This document shows positions 27,517 to 37,034 of a stretch of DNA of 64,000 nt, piece by piece (the stretch's first letter is position 1; the number at the start of each line of letters is the position of its first letter). The notes under the pieces are model-generated. The model worked only from the letters and a program-made list of their open reading frames with translations. It had not been told where the DNA came from and did not search any database. This DNA is from Patescibacteria group bacterium (GTDB lineage: Bacteria; Patescibacteriota; Minisyncoccia; Minisyncoccales; JAHCRE01). The stretch covers positions 164,827 through 228,826 of the forward strand of contig JAHCRE010000016.1 of NCBI GenBank assembly GCA_020148145.1, given 5' to 3'. The position numbers and the translations under genes are program-made.

Positions 27517-28518
27517 TTATTTTGAAGAAGCATCAATACACTGTTCTCCATCAAAGCATTTGCCCTCGCCACAGTCACAAACTTTAACTTGATGACTATT
27601 ATCTGGTGAACAACCACAAGGACCAACAAGACAGAGGTTTGGATAATCACTAGTTGCTTTACAGCATAGAGAAGTTGTTATCTCACCTCCAGAATTAACA
27701 CATGCCTCTCCTGCTCTATCTTTTACTTTTCCAGCCTCTTCATCAAAACATTCAATAACCATATCTACTGGGAAATTATAAGGTTCAATAGCTGAACAAA
27801 GAATCGCCCCTTGACCATCATGTACTAACTCCCAATCACCATCTACTTTTGCTGCTAAAAACATGCCTGAATTTTCAGGGCCACCTGGTTGAAATACAAC
27901 TCCACCCCTGAGATGACCTTCTGTCTCTTGATTAATATTTATGGTTATTTCTGCCATTTTCTTATTGTACTTTTCAGCAAAAAGTTTTTGTATTAATTCC
28001 TCTTTAGAAACTAAAGGGTCAATTGAACTATCTCCCTTTCCACATTTTACTTCTACATCTTTCTTATCAGTTTCTAGTGGAATCCACTGGCCGGTTGCTT
28101 CTTTGTATCCACTAACGCCCCCTGCAACAGTACAGACAATATGATCTTTTTTATATCCTGTTAATCCTGAAATAGTGCCTGAAGCTATATTGTAAAGGTC
28201 TACACTAAAACCTCTATCTATGAAAAAAGGTCCAACACTATCATACTGCTCACTTGATATGCTCTCAGCCTCAAATCCTTTTCCCTCTACAGTCACTTCT
28301 TCTATCTCTTCATATTTTTTAACATTCCATTTAATTTCAATTGCTTGTATCTCTGAAAAAATTATCCCAGTCTCTTGCTTGAGGTCCTCCAGAAGATTTA
28401 AAATCTCATCTTCGGGTGGTAAGGGTGCTGGCGGGAGACCTAAATTCTGATAAAGCCAATAGCCTGTTCCCACAACAATTATTATTGCAATAACGATTGT
28501 AATTATTGTCTTGGGCAT
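27517..28518 (-). CDS. Hypothetical TM-anchored extracytoplasmic protein with a Cys-rich C-terminus
   Basis: N-terminal TM; C-terminal CCKATSDYPNLCLVGPCGCSPDNSHQVKVCDCGEGKCFDGEQC. Confidence 0.45.
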   Translation of the reverse strand: MPKTIITIVIAIIIVVGTGYWLYQNLGLPPAPLPPEDEILNLLEDLKQETGIIFSEIQAIEIKWNVKKYEEIEEVTVEGKGFEAESISSEQYDSVGPFFIDRGFSVDLYNIASGTISGLTGYKKDHIVCTVAGGVSGYKEATGQWIPLETDKKDVEVKCGKGDSSIDPLVSKEELIQKLFAEKYNKKMAEITININQETEGHLRGGVVFQPGGPENSGMFLAAKVDGDWELVHDGQGAILCSAIEPYNFPVDMVIECFDEEAGKVKDRAGEACVNSGGEITTSLCCKATSDYPNLCLVGPCGCSPDNSHQVKVCDCGEGKCFDGEQCIDASSK

Positions 28519-28561
28519 ATAATTTTATTATTAAACTTACATTCCGACCTTTCGTTTCTAT

Positions 28562-28760
28562 TCTACCAAAAAACCGCCTTCTTGGCAATTAGAGACGGTG
28601 GGTCTACCCGAGAAAAACTCTTGGGCAGCGGCTCCGGCGGTAGGACTCGAACCCCTCTCGGTCGCCCTAGCGCTATAGGCGTCTCGGTCTCCAGAACGAG
28701 CTCACTGGCTCCGAGGGTGGGACGTAATCAGAACTTGGTTTTGGGAGAGATTTCCTTGTT
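28562..28760. repeat. GC-rich mosaic intergenic element containing a tRNA-3'-end-like ggctccggcggtaggactcgaaccc module and a gacgtaatcagaacttggttttgggagag module
   Basis: The 35-nt gacgtaatcagaacttggttttgggagag is shared exactly with 22001-22040; the tRNA-like module is shared with 35060 and 41680. Confidence 0.6.
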
Positions 28761-28860
28761 TAGAATCGATAAAATTGCCAATTTTAAGTTCTGTAAAATA
28801 AAAACAGCCTCAATATTAAATCAGGGCTGTTTTTAATTATTTTTCTAGGATACTACTCTC

Positions 28861-30210
28861 CTACTCTCCCGGTACGGTTTTATCGAAAAATAGTACGCCG
28901 CCACCACCTGTCCCACCGGCCACCATATAGTTTCCATCTGAAGAAATACAAGCGTGTCCCATACTCATAGGGGTAGGAATGGGAAAATCCTCGTGGGACA
29001 TTAGCAAAGTTGAATATTCCCACAAAGGAACACTGCTGTCTCTCTGAAAAAAATAACAACCAAACTCACCTACTGCCGCTATATGCTTACCATCAGCAGA
29101 AATAGCAACGGAACTAACGGTAGCTCCAGTGTTAGAATCAGAGGCATAACTCCAGAGAGGAACACTACTGTCTTTCTTGAACAAATAAACGGTGCTGCTG
29201 TTAGCCTCATCTCCGTATCTGAAAGCAGATACTGCTAAATATTTGCCATCTGAAGATAGGGATACAGAACAGTAATCACATTCTAATGGATAAGTCCAAA
29301 GCGGCGTGCCAGAATCTTTGCTAAAAAAGTACAACTTATTTGAGCTTCCTGCTGCTACATAATTACCGTCTGAAGATATGGAAATGGAATAGAGGTCAAA
29401 ATTTTTCGCTCCACCCGTTTTATAGCTCCATAAAGGCGCAGCAATTAGACCAACGGGTCTCTGACCTATGATTTCGGCATCTCTTTCGAACAAATATATC
29501 CTTTGCTGATCCGCCAAACTCGGACAAACTGCTGCCACATAATTGCCATCTGAGGATATTGATGTCTCGACTCGAGACAGGTTAAAATCAGCAAGTTCAC
29601 GGCTCCATAATATCTGGCCATCTTTTGAAACCAAAAAAAGCTCACCATAATTCTCCATACCTACTGCTATGTAATCTCCATCAGCCGAAATGGAAACAGA
29701 ACGAAGGGGAACCCACTCATCTTCCTCGAGGTCAAAAGGACGAAGGCCCTTAATCCATAAAGGAGTAGGATTATCTTTCTGAAAGAAGTAAAGCTTGCCA
29801 TCGGTAACAGCAAAAGTGCCCACTGCGATATAATTGCCATCCGGAGAAATGGAGACTGATTGGACTTCAAGGTCATCAACTTGATAATTCCACAGAGGGA
29901 TAGAACTGTCTTTTTCGAAGAAAAGAACATTGTCTGGCCCATAGGCGTCGGAAGCTCCAGCTACTATATAATTTCCATCTAAAGACATTGAGATACCACC
30001 CTCATTCAGGCCCCCATAGGCAATCCAATCCTCTGTAAAATACCACCACAACGGCTCTTTTTCAGTCTTTTTCTCAGCCTCTTCTTCAACTTTTCCGTTC
30101 GATGGAACCGCGCCTTCTTCTTCTACTTTTTTCTCCCCACATCCAGCACCTACCAAAACTAAGACAACTAAAAGTAAAAACAGAACAAAAAATTTTAACT
30201 TGTTTTTCAT
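28861..30210 (-). CDS. Lipoprotein with beta-propeller repeats (WD40-like/PD40-like blades)
   Basis: Lipobox LVGAGC, then at least 8 repeats of about 45 aa containing S(I/V)SIS(A/S)DGNY(I/V)A(A/V)G and LW(N/S)Y. Confidence 0.6.
   Translation of the reverse strand: MKNKLKFFVLFLLLVVLVLVGAGCGEKKVEEEGAVPSNGKVEEEAEKKTEKEPLWWYFTEDWIAYGGLNEGGISMSLDGNYIVAGASDAYGPDNVLFFEKDSSIPLWNYQVDDLEVQSVSISPDGNYIAVGTFAVTDGKLYFFQKDNPTPLWIKGLRPFDLEEDEWVPLRSVSISADGDYIAVGMENYGELFLVSKDGQILWSRELADFNLSRVETSISSDGNYVAAVCPSLADQQRIYLFERDAEIIGQRPVGLIAAPLWSYKTGGAKNFDLYSISISSDGNYVAAGSSNKLYFFSKDSGTPLWTYPLECDYCSVSLSSDGKYLAVSAFRYGDEANSSTVYLFKKDSSVPLWSYASDSNTGATVSSVAISADGKHIAAVGEFGCYFFQRDSSVPLWEYSTLLMSHEDFPIPTPMSMGHACISSDGNYMVAGGTGGGGVLFFDKTVPGE
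30074..30196. repeat. About 123-bp exact direct repeat, copy 1, encoding the shared lipoprotein signal peptide and linker
   Basis: Identical to 30791-30913; encodes FFVLFLLLVVLVLVGAGCGEKKVEEEGAVPSNGKVEEEAE in both genes. Confidence 0.85.
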
Positions 30211-30250
30211 ATTAATTAAATCTAATTAATAAAATTCGACCTTGTTGCTT

Positions 30251-30925
30251 TTAAAAAAATGGTATTTCCATTATCTGGACACCGGCTGGTAATTCAAATA
30301 TGCTATTAGAGATATCACCAAAATCTATATTCTTTATCTCTACCACAGTTGTGCCTTTAGCTGTAGTCCCTTCTGTCCTAATAGGAATTCCGTACCTTGT
30401 CCATATCCACATTTTTACCTCTTCTGTCTCAGTACTGTATTCAACAACCAGACAGGTTTTCCCATCCAGGACTTCAGTGCCAACAGTCACCGGATTATAA
30501 TCCATCACCGACTCAGATTGTTCGGTCGGAGATTCTCCAGCCGTTCCCCTGGCTTTACTCCAATCCATTTTCATAGCTATATTCTGAGCTGGAACATAGA
30601 GATACGCCAACTGCTCTCCCGCATCTAGTAGGTAGACTCCAGTATATCCTTCAAAAGTTCCCTCTACTCTCATATTTGTTCCTTTATACCATACCTTTGT
30701 TGTTATTGCTGCTTGGTCAGGAGCAGTTACTACCACATCATACTTAAGGGAGACAACATCTTTCGCCTTGTCCAAAATATCAGTTAATGATTCAGCCTCT
30801 TCTTCAACTTTTCCGTTCGATGGAACCGCGCCTTCTTCTTCTACTTTTTTCTCCCCACATCCAGCACCTACCAAAACTAAGACAACTAAAAGTAAAAACA
30901 GAACAAAAAATGCTATTTTGCGCAT
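30251..30925 (-). CDS. Lipoprotein, LolA-like/DUF4367-like fold
   Basis: Same lipoprotein leader as the upstream gene, then a beta-rich domain of about 180 aa. Confidence 0.5.
   Translation of the reverse strand: MRKIAFFVLFLLLVVLVLVGAGCGEKKVEEEGAVPSNGKVEEEAESLTDILDKAKDVVSLKYDVVVTAPDQAAITTKVWYKGTNMRVEGTFEGYTGVYLLDAGEQLAYLYVPAQNIAMKMDWSKARGTAGESPTEQSESVMDYNPVTVGTEVLDGKTCLVVEYSTETEEVKMWIWTRYGIPIRTEGTTAKGTTVVEIKNIDFGDISNSIFELPAGVQIMEIPFF
30791..30913. repeat. About 123-bp exact direct repeat, copy 2 (lipoprotein leader cassette)
   Basis: See copy 1. Confidence 0.85.
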
Positions 30926-30944
30926 AATGTTTTTATTAGATTAA

Positions 30945-31655
30945 TTAACAGATTCGACCTTTTTTGTAAAATCGACCTTCTATTACTATTATAACAAAAA
31001 GTATAATCAAAGATAACCATTGGGTTGTGAATAAACCAAAATAGCGAGGATCAGATAAAGAAGTGCCTGCGGAGCGGGTAAAATCTAAGAAAAATCGGGA
31101 AAGAGAATATAAAAACAAAAAAGCGAAAAATAATTGACCAGGCTTTTGCAGACGGGGCTTCAAATATTTAAGAATAAAGAACAAAATTAGAGCGCTGATT
31201 ATCAAGTATTCAGCTACCGGATGCCGAATTGCGCCATCCGGCCAAATGATCCCCCAGGGCAAAGAAGTTTCAGCTCCCTGATGGTCATTAATTAAAGCAC
31301 AACCTATTCTGCCTATGGCAATAGAAATAGGAGCAACCAAAACTGCCATATCTGCGATCGGAAAAAACAAATGAAGATTTTTGCTTAATTTCAAATACAA
31401 AAATCCAGCAATTAAAACTCCGAATACTCCTCCAAGCAAACTCAACCCCCCTTGACCCAACAACATACTTCCTGCGGCTCCACCCAGAAACACCCAAATA
31501 AATAAATTGTGAATGATCTTAGTATCAATTCCTTTTTTGGGGGCCTGTCTCAACACAAAAAGATAAGCCATTAAAGTCCCAATAGCCACAAAAATTCCCC
31601 AAACCTGAAGCGTTATCGGCCCTATCGCGATTTCGCTAAACGAAAAATAAGGCAT
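30945..31655 (-). CDS. lgt: Prolipoprotein diacylglyceryl transferase
   Basis: Polytopic membrane protein; the IGRIGCALINDHQGAETSLPWGI and HPVAEY segments match Lgt signature regions. Confidence 0.7.
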   Translation of the reverse strand: MPYFSFSEIAIGPITLQVWGIFVAIGTLMAYLFVLRQAPKKGIDTKIIHNLFIWVFLGGAAGSMLLGQGGLSLLGGVFGVLIAGFLYLKLSKNLHLFFPIADMAVLVAPISIAIGRIGCALINDHQGAETSLPWGIIWPDGAIRHPVAEYLIISALILFFILKYLKPRLQKPGQLFFAFLFLYSLSRFFLDFTRSAGTSLSDPRYFGLFTTQWLSLIILFVIIVIEGRFYKKGRIC

Positions 31656-32032
31656 ATGATTCCCCCAATAATCATTAAATCAGCGATATTAAAAATAGAA
31701 ATAGGCAGAAAGAAAACTTTAATCCAGTCAATCACATAGCCAAAATAAATTCTGTCAAAAAGATTGCTCAAGCCACCCAAAATAATCAAAGAAAACCCGG
31801 TTATTAAAAGAAAATCCTTTTTCTGCCAACTCCTGAAAAACAAAAAAAGAAGCAGTAATGTTACTGCTCCGATTAAAAAATAAAGTAAACTCGAATTTAG
31901 AGGAATAAAATACAATTTTGGATTTTTAAACAATAGCTCTGAATCCAAAGCTAACCATTTGGTCAATCTATCCAGAATTATTAAACCCAAAGCAAGAAAT
32001 ACTAAAAATCTTGCTCTATTTAGGTATTTCAT
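31622..32032 (-). CDS. lspA: Lipoprotein signal peptidase (signal peptidase II)
   Basis: LDRLTKWLAL...NLFDRIYFGYVIDWIKV...FNIADLMI matches the LspA conserved D/N/FNxAD boxes; overlaps lgt by 34 nt. Confidence 0.75.
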   Translation of the reverse strand: MKYLNRARFLVFLALGLIILDRLTKWLALDSELLFKNPKLYFIPLNSSLLYFLIGAVTLLLLFLFFRSWQKKDFLLITGFSLIILGGLSNLFDRIYFGYVIDWIKVFFLPISIFNIADLMIIGGIICLIFRLAKSR

Positions 32033-32042
32033 CTTCAGGCAT

Positions 32043-33407
32043 TTACTCGCCTTCAGGCGGTTTCTCTTCTAGTAATTGTTTACAAGCTGGTTCCTGAGGA
32101 TTTTGAGTGCAATATTGTTTGCATTCCTCAGGACTAGTGCATTTCCCTTCTAATTCTGGAGGTATTACCATTTCTGGAGGCTTTCCTTCTGGAGGTTTAT
32201 ATTCGCCTTCAGGCGGTTTCTCTTCTAGTAATTGTTTACAAGCTGGTTCCTGAGGATTTTGAGTGCAATATTGTTTGCATTCCTCAGGGCTAGTGCATTT
32301 CCCTTCTAATTCTGGAGGTATTACCATTTCTGGAGGCTTTCCTTCTGGAGGCATGCCCTCTGGAGGTAGTCCCATCTCACCTTCTGAAGGCTTTGGCATA
32401 TATTTTTCAAAACAATTCTTTATTTTCTCACCAACCTCAGGACTAGGCATAAAGGTACCAGTTTGAATTTTCTCCAAAACTTCTTCTCCTACGGTTGACT
32501 TTATACATTCTAAAACTTCTGGTGGCGCTTGCTTTAATCCCTCCTGTAATTGCTGTATGCCTTCTTTCGTTTTCTGAATTTCTTCCTCAGGAATTAAATC
32601 GTGCTCCTTGGCAAAATTAAAACAAACTTCTTGATTAGCCGGGTTGTTGCAAAAAGCCTCACATTCTTCTTTACTCTGACAACCACCTGGTCCTTGGCCA
32701 CCGGTTTTTAAAAACATTTCTTTCTCCTCTGGCGTCATTAATCCAGCTTTAGAGGCAAAATCAGCACATTCTTGAAAATGAATCTTTTGAGCACAGTAAG
32801 CCTCGCATTCCTCTTTAGTCTGACAGCCGCCGGGACTTTCTCCTTTTGCCATTAAAGACACTGTTTTCTTTCCCCGGCTGCACTCTGCTGAAGATAGTAT
32901 TCCTATCTTACAAGCATAGGAGAAGCATTCTCCCATATGATCCGGCTGTGAGCAGTAGGCATCACACTTTTTTTTGGTTCTACAGTCTCCCGGAAAAGGA
33001 ATTCCAGCCAGCATAGCCTTTCTTACCAGCCTCGCTTCTGCTGCTTCGAATGGAGGTATAAGTCCGGCTTTCTCAGCAAAATCTATACATTCTTCTATTT
33101 TGGTCGGCTCTTCGCAATAAGCCTCACATTGAGTCGGGTTTGAGCATCCGCCGGGCGGCACTGCCCCCTCAGCCAAGGCTTTCATCATTTTTTTAGCTTC
33201 TGCTAATTCTTCCGGCGACAATAAGTTGTGGGCTTCAGCAAAAGATACGCACTCTTCAATGTTTTCCCAATTATCACAATAAGCCTTACATTCTTCTTCA
33301 TTCTGACAATTTCCCAATTCTTTGACCGGAAAACTAATTTGAGCAAAAACAAAAACTCCTGCTAATAGTCCGAGAATAAAAATAACTAATAAAAATGTTT
33401 TTTGCAT
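32043..33407 (-). CDS. Secreted Cys-rich repeat protein (CxxxEECxAYC modules) with a C-terminal 52-aa tandem duplication
   Basis: Signal peptide; about 8 modules of roughly 45 aa with 4 conserved Cys; the last 52 aa are duplicated exactly. Confidence 0.5.
   Translation of the reverse strand: MQKTFLLVIFILGLLAGVFVFAQISFPVKELGNCQNEEECKAYCDNWENIEECVSFAEAHNLLSPEELAEAKKMMKALAEGAVPPGGCSNPTQCEAYCEEPTKIEECIDFAEKAGLIPPFEAAEARLVRKAMLAGIPFPGDCRTKKKCDAYCSQPDHMGECFSYACKIGILSSAECSRGKKTVSLMAKGESPGGCQTKEECEAYCAQKIHFQECADFASKAGLMTPEEKEMFLKTGGQGPGGCQSKEECEAFCNNPANQEVCFNFAKEHDLIPEEEIQKTKEGIQQLQEGLKQAPPEVLECIKSTVGEEVLEKIQTGTFMPSPEVGEKIKNCFEKYMPKPSEGEMGLPPEGMPPEGKPPEMVIPPELEGKCTSPEECKQYCTQNPQEPACKQLLEEKPPEGEYKPPEGKPPEMVIPPELEGKCTSPEECKQYCTQNPQEPACKQLLEEKPPEGE
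32048..32350. repeat. Tandem direct repeat (2 x about 156 bp) within a CDS
   Basis: cgccttcaggcggtttctcttctagtaattgtttacaagctgg... is repeated with 1-2 mismatches. Confidence 0.85.
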
Positions 33408-33410
33408 AAA

Positions 33411-33671
33411 TTACTCAAAGGGATTGATTCTCAATCCTTCAAAAGGATTAATTTTCTTAAAAGGATTGGTCTGGGGAATTTTTTCTGCCGGGTTCTGAAC
33501 CATTTCATAAATTTTTTCACCAAAAGTTTTTGCCTCTTCTTTTTCTGGGGGGCCCTTTTTTAAAAAATAAAAAGCGCCTCCAACCACCAAGGCCAAAATC
33601 ACAACAATCAATAATATTTTTTTATTAACCGTCATCATATTTATTATATCGAATATTTCCCGGAAGTCCAA
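33411..33671 (-). CDS. Small membrane-anchored protein
   Basis: 86 aa, one TM. Confidence 0.35.
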   Translation of the reverse strand: MDFREIFDIINMMTVNKKILLIVVILALVVGGAFYFLKKGPPEKEEAKTFGEKIYEMVQNPAEKIPQTNPFKKINPFEGLRINPFE

Positions 33672-33728
33672 GCTTAGTTATTCACACCCCTTCGGCAATT
33701 TTAAAATAATTAAAATTTTAGTTTTCAT

Positions 33729-34919
33729 TTAAGGTAGTAAGTCAGCAATTATTGCGCTAGAAATCCCAGTGCTAAAGGGCCCACAATCAGAAGCAAAATA
33801 CACTCTCCACCCTTCTTCTATTTCGACCACACAAGGATCGGCGGTACCTACCTCCCTTCCTTCTTCATCAATGTATTTTCCAAAAAGAAAAGTTATGTTT
33901 GAAAAACTTAGGCCATCGGCTGAATCGGCGCTGTAAATCCCCTCCATCCCCTCTTCATCCATTTCTTGGCTTCCTGCCAAAAAATAAAGCCGGAAACTAC
34001 CATCAGAAAGTTTTACTATATCTGAAGTACCAATCATATTAGCAAACATGCCATAAAATAATGGTTTTGTACCATCTATTCTGATTCCTGGTTCTATTCC
34101 CCAGCTCAATCCGTCAGATGATATTGCGCTTTTTATTCGACACACGGGCGGAGTAGGAGGAGCAGGTTCATCACAATCCTGCAAATACATTCTATATCTC
34201 CCATCATCTAGCCTAATTACAGTAGGACCCACAAGATCAGTTACTAGCCGAAGACCCTCGACTTGAAAATTGAGTCCATCATTAGAAATAGCGGACTGTA
34301 TGCCACCTGAATTATAATACATTCGAAAGCGACCATCCGGCAACTCAATTACTGAAGGCATAGCATAGTTGAATCCTTCAGGTAGGCGAGTTCCTGGCTC
34401 AGAAGTCCAATTTAGTCCATCCGAGGAAATAGCACTAACGATATTTATGTTTTCAGGATAGGTTCGTGGGTCTAAACCGTAATACATCCTATATCTACCA
34501 TCAGGTAATTTTACAACTTCCGCATCGCAGTAACCACCAGGGATCACCACTCCCTCTATTGTCCAGACAGAAGGGAGTTTTTCTTTTTCTACTTCTACAA
34601 CTTCAACGCATTTATTTTCTTTACACTCGTAACCTGAAGGACAACTCTTACTCTTATATTGCTCATCAAAACAACACCCAAAAGGACACTCTAATTTTTC
34701 TTTAGACACTTCTTCTTCAAAAGCTACCTCTTCTTCCTCCTCTTCTTCAGGTAAAACCGCCTGCTCTTCCACTTGCTCTTCCGGAGCTTCTTTTTCCTCC
34801 TCGATTTTTTCTTTTTCAGCTTCGGGGAGGGAAATATTTTTCCAAACAAAAAACCCTCCTATACCGAAACCAATTAAAATTATTAAAGCAATTAAGATTT
34901 TAGTTTTCATCACTTCCAT
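33729..34919 (-). CDS. TM-anchored BNR/Asp-box repeat protein (sialidase-like beta-propeller fold)
   Basis: Repeats SAISSDGLNWTSEPG, SAISNDGLNFQVEG, SAISSDGLSWGIEPG and SADSADGLSF; acidic linker after the TM. The likely true start is the second Met (MKTK), which has a GGAAG Shine-Dalgarno-like sequence. Confidence 0.55.
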   Translation of the reverse strand: MEVMKTKILIALIILIGFGIGGFFVWKNISLPEAEKEKIEEEKEAPEEQVEEQAVLPEEEEEEEVAFEEEVSKEKLECPFGCCFDEQYKSKSCPSGYECKENKCVEVVEVEKEKLPSVWTIEGVVIPGGYCDAEVVKLPDGRYRMYYGLDPRTYPENINIVSAISSDGLNWTSEPGTRLPEGFNYAMPSVIELPDGRFRMYYNSGGIQSAISNDGLNFQVEGLRLVTDLVGPTVIRLDDGRYRMYLQDCDEPAPPTPPVCRIKSAISSDGLSWGIEPGIRIDGTKPLFYGMFANMIGTSDIVKLSDGSFRLYFLAGSQEMDEEGMEGIYSADSADGLSFSNITFLFGKYIDEEGREVGTADPCVVEIEEGWRVYFASDCGPFSTGISSAIIADLLP

Positions 34920-34924
34920 TCTAC

Positions 34925-35130
34925 TAAAAAACCGCCGAAATGGCGATTAATTATGGTAACTCAGCCCCGAACATGGTTCGATATCCTAGCGGGGTATGGG
35001 GATATTTTTTCTCGAACCTTTCAAAAATATGAGGCCTTTCGGTCTCCCGAAAGGTCTCACTAGCCTGCTCCGGGGGCAGGACTCGAACCCCTCTCGGTCG
35101 CCCTGTCAGGATAGGCGTCTCGATCTCTTA
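34925..35130. other. Conserved GC-rich structured leader-like element, copy A (about 130-nt core plus tRNA-3'-end-like module plus ctcggtcgccct module), ending in a terminator hairpin abutting the BNR gene start
   Basis: Alignable with 36783-36945 and 41545-41710. Contains ggttcgat...tctcgaac long-range stems and gcaggactcgaacccc. Confidence 0.7.
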
Positions 35131-35176
35131 AATTTATTTTTATGTAGTGATAACGAAACAGAAATAATTCGTCATT

Positions 35177-35908
35177 TTATAAATATATAGGATTGCCTTT
35201 TTCATCTATTAGATCGTAAAAGGCCCTGCAATGGTCGAAATTATCCTTTATCCACCTTTTTAAGTCATCGGAAACTGGCTCACTATTCCAAATAGTAAGT
35301 GTGTGATTTAGTTTTTGAAGAAGCATTTGTAATTCCGAATAAGAAGATCTGGTGTAGCATGCTCTGATTGGAAAGGTAATTAGATAATCAAAATCTTTAA
35401 CAATTTCAAACATTTCATGAATCATATGTTTTGTATATTTTGCGTTTGGCAAATATCCGGTTGTCCAACCAATAGAAAGGATTCCTTTCGGATAATATTT
35501 TTTGCAAAGCTCAATAAATTCAATTGGTTCAAATTTAGGAATTCGCCCACCAGGACCTTGCAAAATATCTGCATTGAGAAAAATGGGATTTTCTAAACCT
35601 AGTTTCTGTAATTTTTTAAGGCAATATGAAATAGCTAATGGGTCTTTAAAATCTAGTTTTGCTCCTTTCTTTGAAGTGGCTATTTTTTCGATCCAAATAT
35701 CGAAAGTTATATCAGCTTTCTGATTCGGATCATGCGCCATTACAATATTTTCTCCTCTTGAAGAAATATCTCCTTCGATCATCATGGTCTTTGGAGATTT
35801 ACAATATTGTTCTAATCTTTCGAGATTATTTACCGCATGCGCCCACCTTATATCCCAAGGACTCTTAACTCCAAAAAAAGAAATTGGGAGAGAAACTTTC
35901 TTTTTCAT
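35177..35908 (-). CDS. Menorin/FAM151 (DUF2181)-like GDPD/PLC-like phosphodiesterase
   Basis: The N-terminal W(A)HAVN motif (IRWAHAVNNLERL) is typical of the menorin family. Confidence 0.45.
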   Translation of the reverse strand: MKKKVSLPISFFGVKSPWDIRWAHAVNNLERLEQYCKSPKTMMIEGDISSRGENIVMAHDPNQKADITFDIWIEKIATSKKGAKLDFKDPLAISYCLKKLQKLGLENPIFLNADILQGPGGRIPKFEPIEFIELCKKYYPKGILSIGWTTGYLPNAKYTKHMIHEMFEIVKDFDYLITFPIRACYTRSSYSELQMLLQKLNHTLTIWNSEPVSDDLKRWIKDNFDHCRAFYDLIDEKGNPIYL

Positions 35909-35925
35909 ATTTTTATAGTTCTCAA

Positions 35926-36765
35926 TTATATTATTGATAATTCTCTTGCTTCTCGCTGATTAAATAAGGTAATCTTGTCATATCCAGCACTTTTTAGTTT
36001 TTTAATCCCTTTCTCTAACTCTAAGCCTAGGTTAGAAGGAGAATGGGCATCCGAGCCAATAGTTACCATTTTTACTCCAAAATCTTTACAAATCTTAAGG
36101 AATTCTATACTTGGGTAGGAATCGTGAACAGGATGAATATAACCATATGTATTTAGCTCTATCCCGACTTTGTTTTTTACTAACGCCTTAACCACCTCTT
36201 CCACTTGGTCCCTATATCTCTTGAAAGGAATATCGGCATACTGAACCGCATATTTTCTAATAATATCAGGATGAGCCATTACATCAAACAAACGACTTTC
36301 TATGGCTCTTTTTAATTTTAAAAAGTATTGTCTATATGTCTGGAAAATATCTCTTCCTTTAAAAAATTCATGGGCGCCATTTGGGTCTCCTATAACATAT
36401 CCTTCTATGAAATGAGCTGAGCCCAGAATAAAATCAAAAGGATAACTATTTATTATCTTCTCAATTTCTTTTTCGTAATCCTCAAAATAATCAATCTCCA
36501 TTCCAAACTTTATTTGAATATCAAATTGTTTTCTGGCTTTTCCTATCTTTTGGTAATATTCTGATATTTCATCTAACTTAATAGATATGTTGGGTATTTC
36601 TGATTTTTCAAATCCAGGTATGCTTTCAAATTTTGGAAGAATTAAATGGTTGGTGAAAGCAATCTCTTTCAATCCCAATTCTTGGGCTCTTTTACAATAA
36701 TCATCTACGGTGCCAGTAGCATCTCGAGTGCAATTTGTATGAACGTGATAATCTACTAAATACAT
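35926..36765 (-). CDS. PHP-domain phosphoesterase (histidinol-phosphatase HisJ family)
   Basis: MYLVDYHVHTNCTRDATG...EIAFTNH; PHP metal-binding histidines are conserved. Confidence 0.75.
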   Translation of the reverse strand: MYLVDYHVHTNCTRDATGTVDDYCKRAQELGLKEIAFTNHLILPKFESIPGFEKSEIPNISIKLDEISEYYQKIGKARKQFDIQIKFGMEIDYFEDYEKEIEKIINSYPFDFILGSAHFIEGYVIGDPNGAHEFFKGRDIFQTYRQYFLKLKRAIESRLFDVMAHPDIIRKYAVQYADIPFKRYRDQVEEVVKALVKNKVGIELNTYGYIHPVHDSYPSIEFLKICKDFGVKMVTIGSDAHSPSNLGLELEKGIKKLKSAGYDKITLFNQREARELSII

Positions 36766-36782
36766 TTTTCTCTATTTTATCA

Positions 36783-36945
36783 AAAAATCGTCGCGATGAC
36801 GATTTTTTCTTTGTTCGGAAAAGTTCGATTTCCTAGCGGGGTAGGACGATATTGTCTCGAACTTTTTCTGAAAATAAGATGGGGCTCGGTCACTCGAACC
36901 GAGCACTAGCCTGCTCCCCCTATTGGACGCGTTCAGAACTATTGA
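36783..36945. other. Conserved GC-rich structured leader-like element, copy B, immediately upstream of the PHP phosphatase gene
   Basis: See copy A; the terminator-like hairpin cgtcgcgatgacg plus T-run lies 15 nt from the start codon. Confidence 0.7.
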
Positions 36946-37034
36946 TTGGAGAGAAATTAAAAAGAATCTTAGAAAATTAGAGCCTATTTTGGTAGGAATT
37001 TAAATAAAAAAGAGACGCATTTGAACACGCCTCT

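Noticed and set aside
28620-28700. Possible tRNA genes at 28620-28700, 35060-35100 and 41670-41700, suggested by ggcaggactcgaaccc (the reverse complement of a T-arm/acceptor GGTTCGAGTCC...)
   Set aside because: The bases flanking the putative T-loop are not complementary, so no 5-bp T-stem can form; no D-arm or anticodon arm could be assembled. These are treated as tRNA-derived or tRNA-like repeat modules, not as tRNA genes.
9186-34919. Diversity-generating retroelement targeting one of the large surface proteins
   Set aside because: No reverse-transcriptase ORF (YxDD) and no TR/VR repeat pair with adenine-specific mismatches could be found. The 123-bp and 156-bp repeats are exact and lie at 5' leader and tandem positions, not in a VR/TR arrangement.
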